NCBI GenBank assembly: GCA_039698055.1 | Contig: JBDKTL010000041.1 | Span: forward strand, 1-16,070 | Origin: Methanoregula sp. | GTDB lineage: Archaea > Halobacteriota > Methanomicrobia > Methanomicrobiales > Methanospirillaceae | Direction: 5' to 3' | DNA length: 16,070 bases | In this document: piece after piece, positions 14,831 to 16,070 of the stretch | Layout of the letters: each line of letters opens with the position of its first letter | How positions within the stretch are numbered: the first letter of the stretch is position 1 | Position numbers and translations under genes: made by a program | Notes under the pieces: model-generated | Database searches by the model: none | The model's input: the letters and a program-made list of their open reading frames with translations, nothing else | What the model was told of the DNA's origin: nothing

Positions 14831-15754
14831 ATGGATGTCGGGATTATCGGCACCGGGGCGATGGGGAAAAATCACGTCCGGGTCTTTTCCGAATTGAAAC
14901 GTGTGGATTCGGTTGGCGTATTCGATGTAAATGCAGCGGCAGCTGCGGCGATCGCCACCCAGCATGGCGCCACCGCATACTCCTCGGTCGATGATCTGCT
15001 CGCCCATTCCGATGTGGTGAGTGTCTGCGTTCCCACCCAGTTCCATGCGGGTGTCGTACAACAGGTCTTTGCTGCCAAAAAACATGTGTTCATCGAGAAG
15101 CCCATCTGTGCCACTGCTGCCGAAGCGCGAGATCTTATGAAATCCGCCCCATCCGGAATTACCGTTGGTGTCGGGCATATCGAGCGCTTCAACCCGATTG
15201 TAACCGAGATCAAACGGATTATCCGGAAACCGCTCTATGTCGAGATGAAACGGCACAATCCGGATTCAGCCAGGATCACCGGAAGTACTGTTGTTGAAGA
15301 CCTGATGATCCATGATATCGATATCCTGCTCAATGTATTCTTTCCACAACCCGGCCATCTTCATTCCGGCGGGAATGCTGATGTGTGCAGCGTCCTTTTG
15401 AACTGCGGAAATGTGCCGGTTGTGCTCTCGGCAAGCCGGAAATCATCCAAGAAGATCCGGATGATCTATGTTGAAGAAGAGGATTTCACCGTCGAAGGGA
15501 ACTTTATGTCCCAGGAAATTACTATCTACCGTAAACCGGGGCAGTACCAGTTCGAGAATGAACGGTACGTGCAGGAAAATATCATTGAAAAGGTGATGGT
15601 AAACAAGATTGAGCCTCTCAAGGTTGAACTGGCCTCATTCATTGAGTGTGTAAAAACCGGCCAGCAGTTTCTTATTACTCCACAACAGGCTATCCGCAAC
15701 CTTGAGATGTGCGAAGAGATCCGGGCCGGTCTGGAACCGAGCGTGAGTTCCTGA
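14831..15754 (+). CDS. Gfo/Idh/MocA family NAD-dependent oxidoreductase (WbpB/WlbA-like sugar dehydrogenase)
   Basis: GIIGTGAMG, HVFIEKP, VGHIERFNP and DLMIHDID. Starts 1 nt after the aminotransferase stop. Confidence 0.93.
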   Translation: MDVGIIGTGAMGKNHVRVFSELKRVDSVGVFDVNAAAAAAIATQHGATAYSSVDDLLAHSDVVSVCVPTQFHAGVVQQVFAAKKHVFIEKPICATAAEARDLMKSAPSGITVGVGHIERFNPIVTEIKRIIRKPLYVEMKRHNPDSARITGSTVVEDLMIHDIDILLNVFFPQPGHLHSGGNADVCSVLLNCGNVPVVLSASRKSSKKIRMIYVEEEDFTVEGNFMSQEITIYRKPGQYQFENERYVQENIIEKVMVNKIEPLKVELASFIECVKTGQQFLITPQQAIRNLEMCEEIRAGLEPSVSS

Positions 15755-15944
15755 TAACGTGAAATATCTCCCCCTCAAAAAAAAACAAAAGAGGGCCGTT
15801 TAAATGATTGGTTTCCTTGAATTGGGATCTTTGGTTTTTCCAGAACAGCGCTGCCGGCAAATTCCCCGGAGTTTGATTTTGATAAGGATTTTGCCGTGAT
15901 TTCCATTCATACGGCTATAATAAAACTTTTTCAATGAATAAACA

Positions 15945-16070
15945 GGTAGTGTCTCTATAATGCTGTAAAATCAGCAGCACCTGTATCCAGAGAGATCATC
16001 TCACTCATCACAGATAAATACCGGTTACCCGTGATCCATTCCTCGTTAATATCGATAAGGATTGAACCGG
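15945..16070 (-). mobile_element. Right end of an IS256-family insertion sequence (3' end of transposase plus terminal inverted repeat, partial)
   Basis: Minus-strand frame from 16068 reads GSILIDINEEWITGNRYLSVMSEMISLDTGAADFTAL* (stop 15957..15955), matching the IS256 C-terminal E.W..G..YL pattern. The end TTTTACAGCATTATAGAGACACTACC resembles IS256 terminal repeats. Confidence 0.85.

Noticed and set aside
15775-15910. Two small minus-strand ORFs (MNGNHGKILI..., MEITAKSLSK...) beside the IS256 end
   Set aside because: Under 45 aa, no SD and no recognisable motif; cannot be supported without expression data.
1-16070. Composite transposon formed by the two terminal IS ends
   Set aside because: The ends belong to different families (IS5-like and IS256-like) with unrelated repeats, and the cargo is core housekeeping DNA.
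1-16070. CRISPR array, rRNA, tRNA introns, Sec/Pyl recoding
   Set aside because: No spaced direct repeats or rRNA-like stretches, both tRNAs are uninterrupted 75-mers, and no conserved gene has an internal in-frame TGA or TAG.

Overview
Archaeal DNA, most likely from a Methanomicrobiales methanogen (Methanoregula-like); this is inferred from gene content and protein style, not from a search. The core is housekeeping: a DRG/Rbg GTPase, Trm1, tRNA-Glu(CTC), tRNA-Arg(CCT), DGGGP synthase, a bactofilin-like protein, a gamma-CA/short HdrA-like/MtnA/DUF116 operon, archaeal CoaD, pyrBI and a DegT + Gfo/Idh/MocA sugar-modification pair. The window begins with the last 127 bp of an IS5-family (ISH1-like) element and ends with the last 126 bp of an IS256-family element. 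Four signals are not explained by the ORF track. (1) pyrB appears to start at a non-canonical ACG with a well-placed Shine-Dalgarno, a palindrome over the start and an overlapping uORF. (2) A 270-bp MITE behind tRNA-Arg shares its terminus with the IS5 element. (3) An AT-rich, decayed island runs antisense into tRNA-Glu and resembles an int(N)-type remnant of an SSV-type integrated element. (4) A stand-alone short HdrA-like gene is translationally coupled to gamma-CA and MtnA, with DUF116 just downstream.
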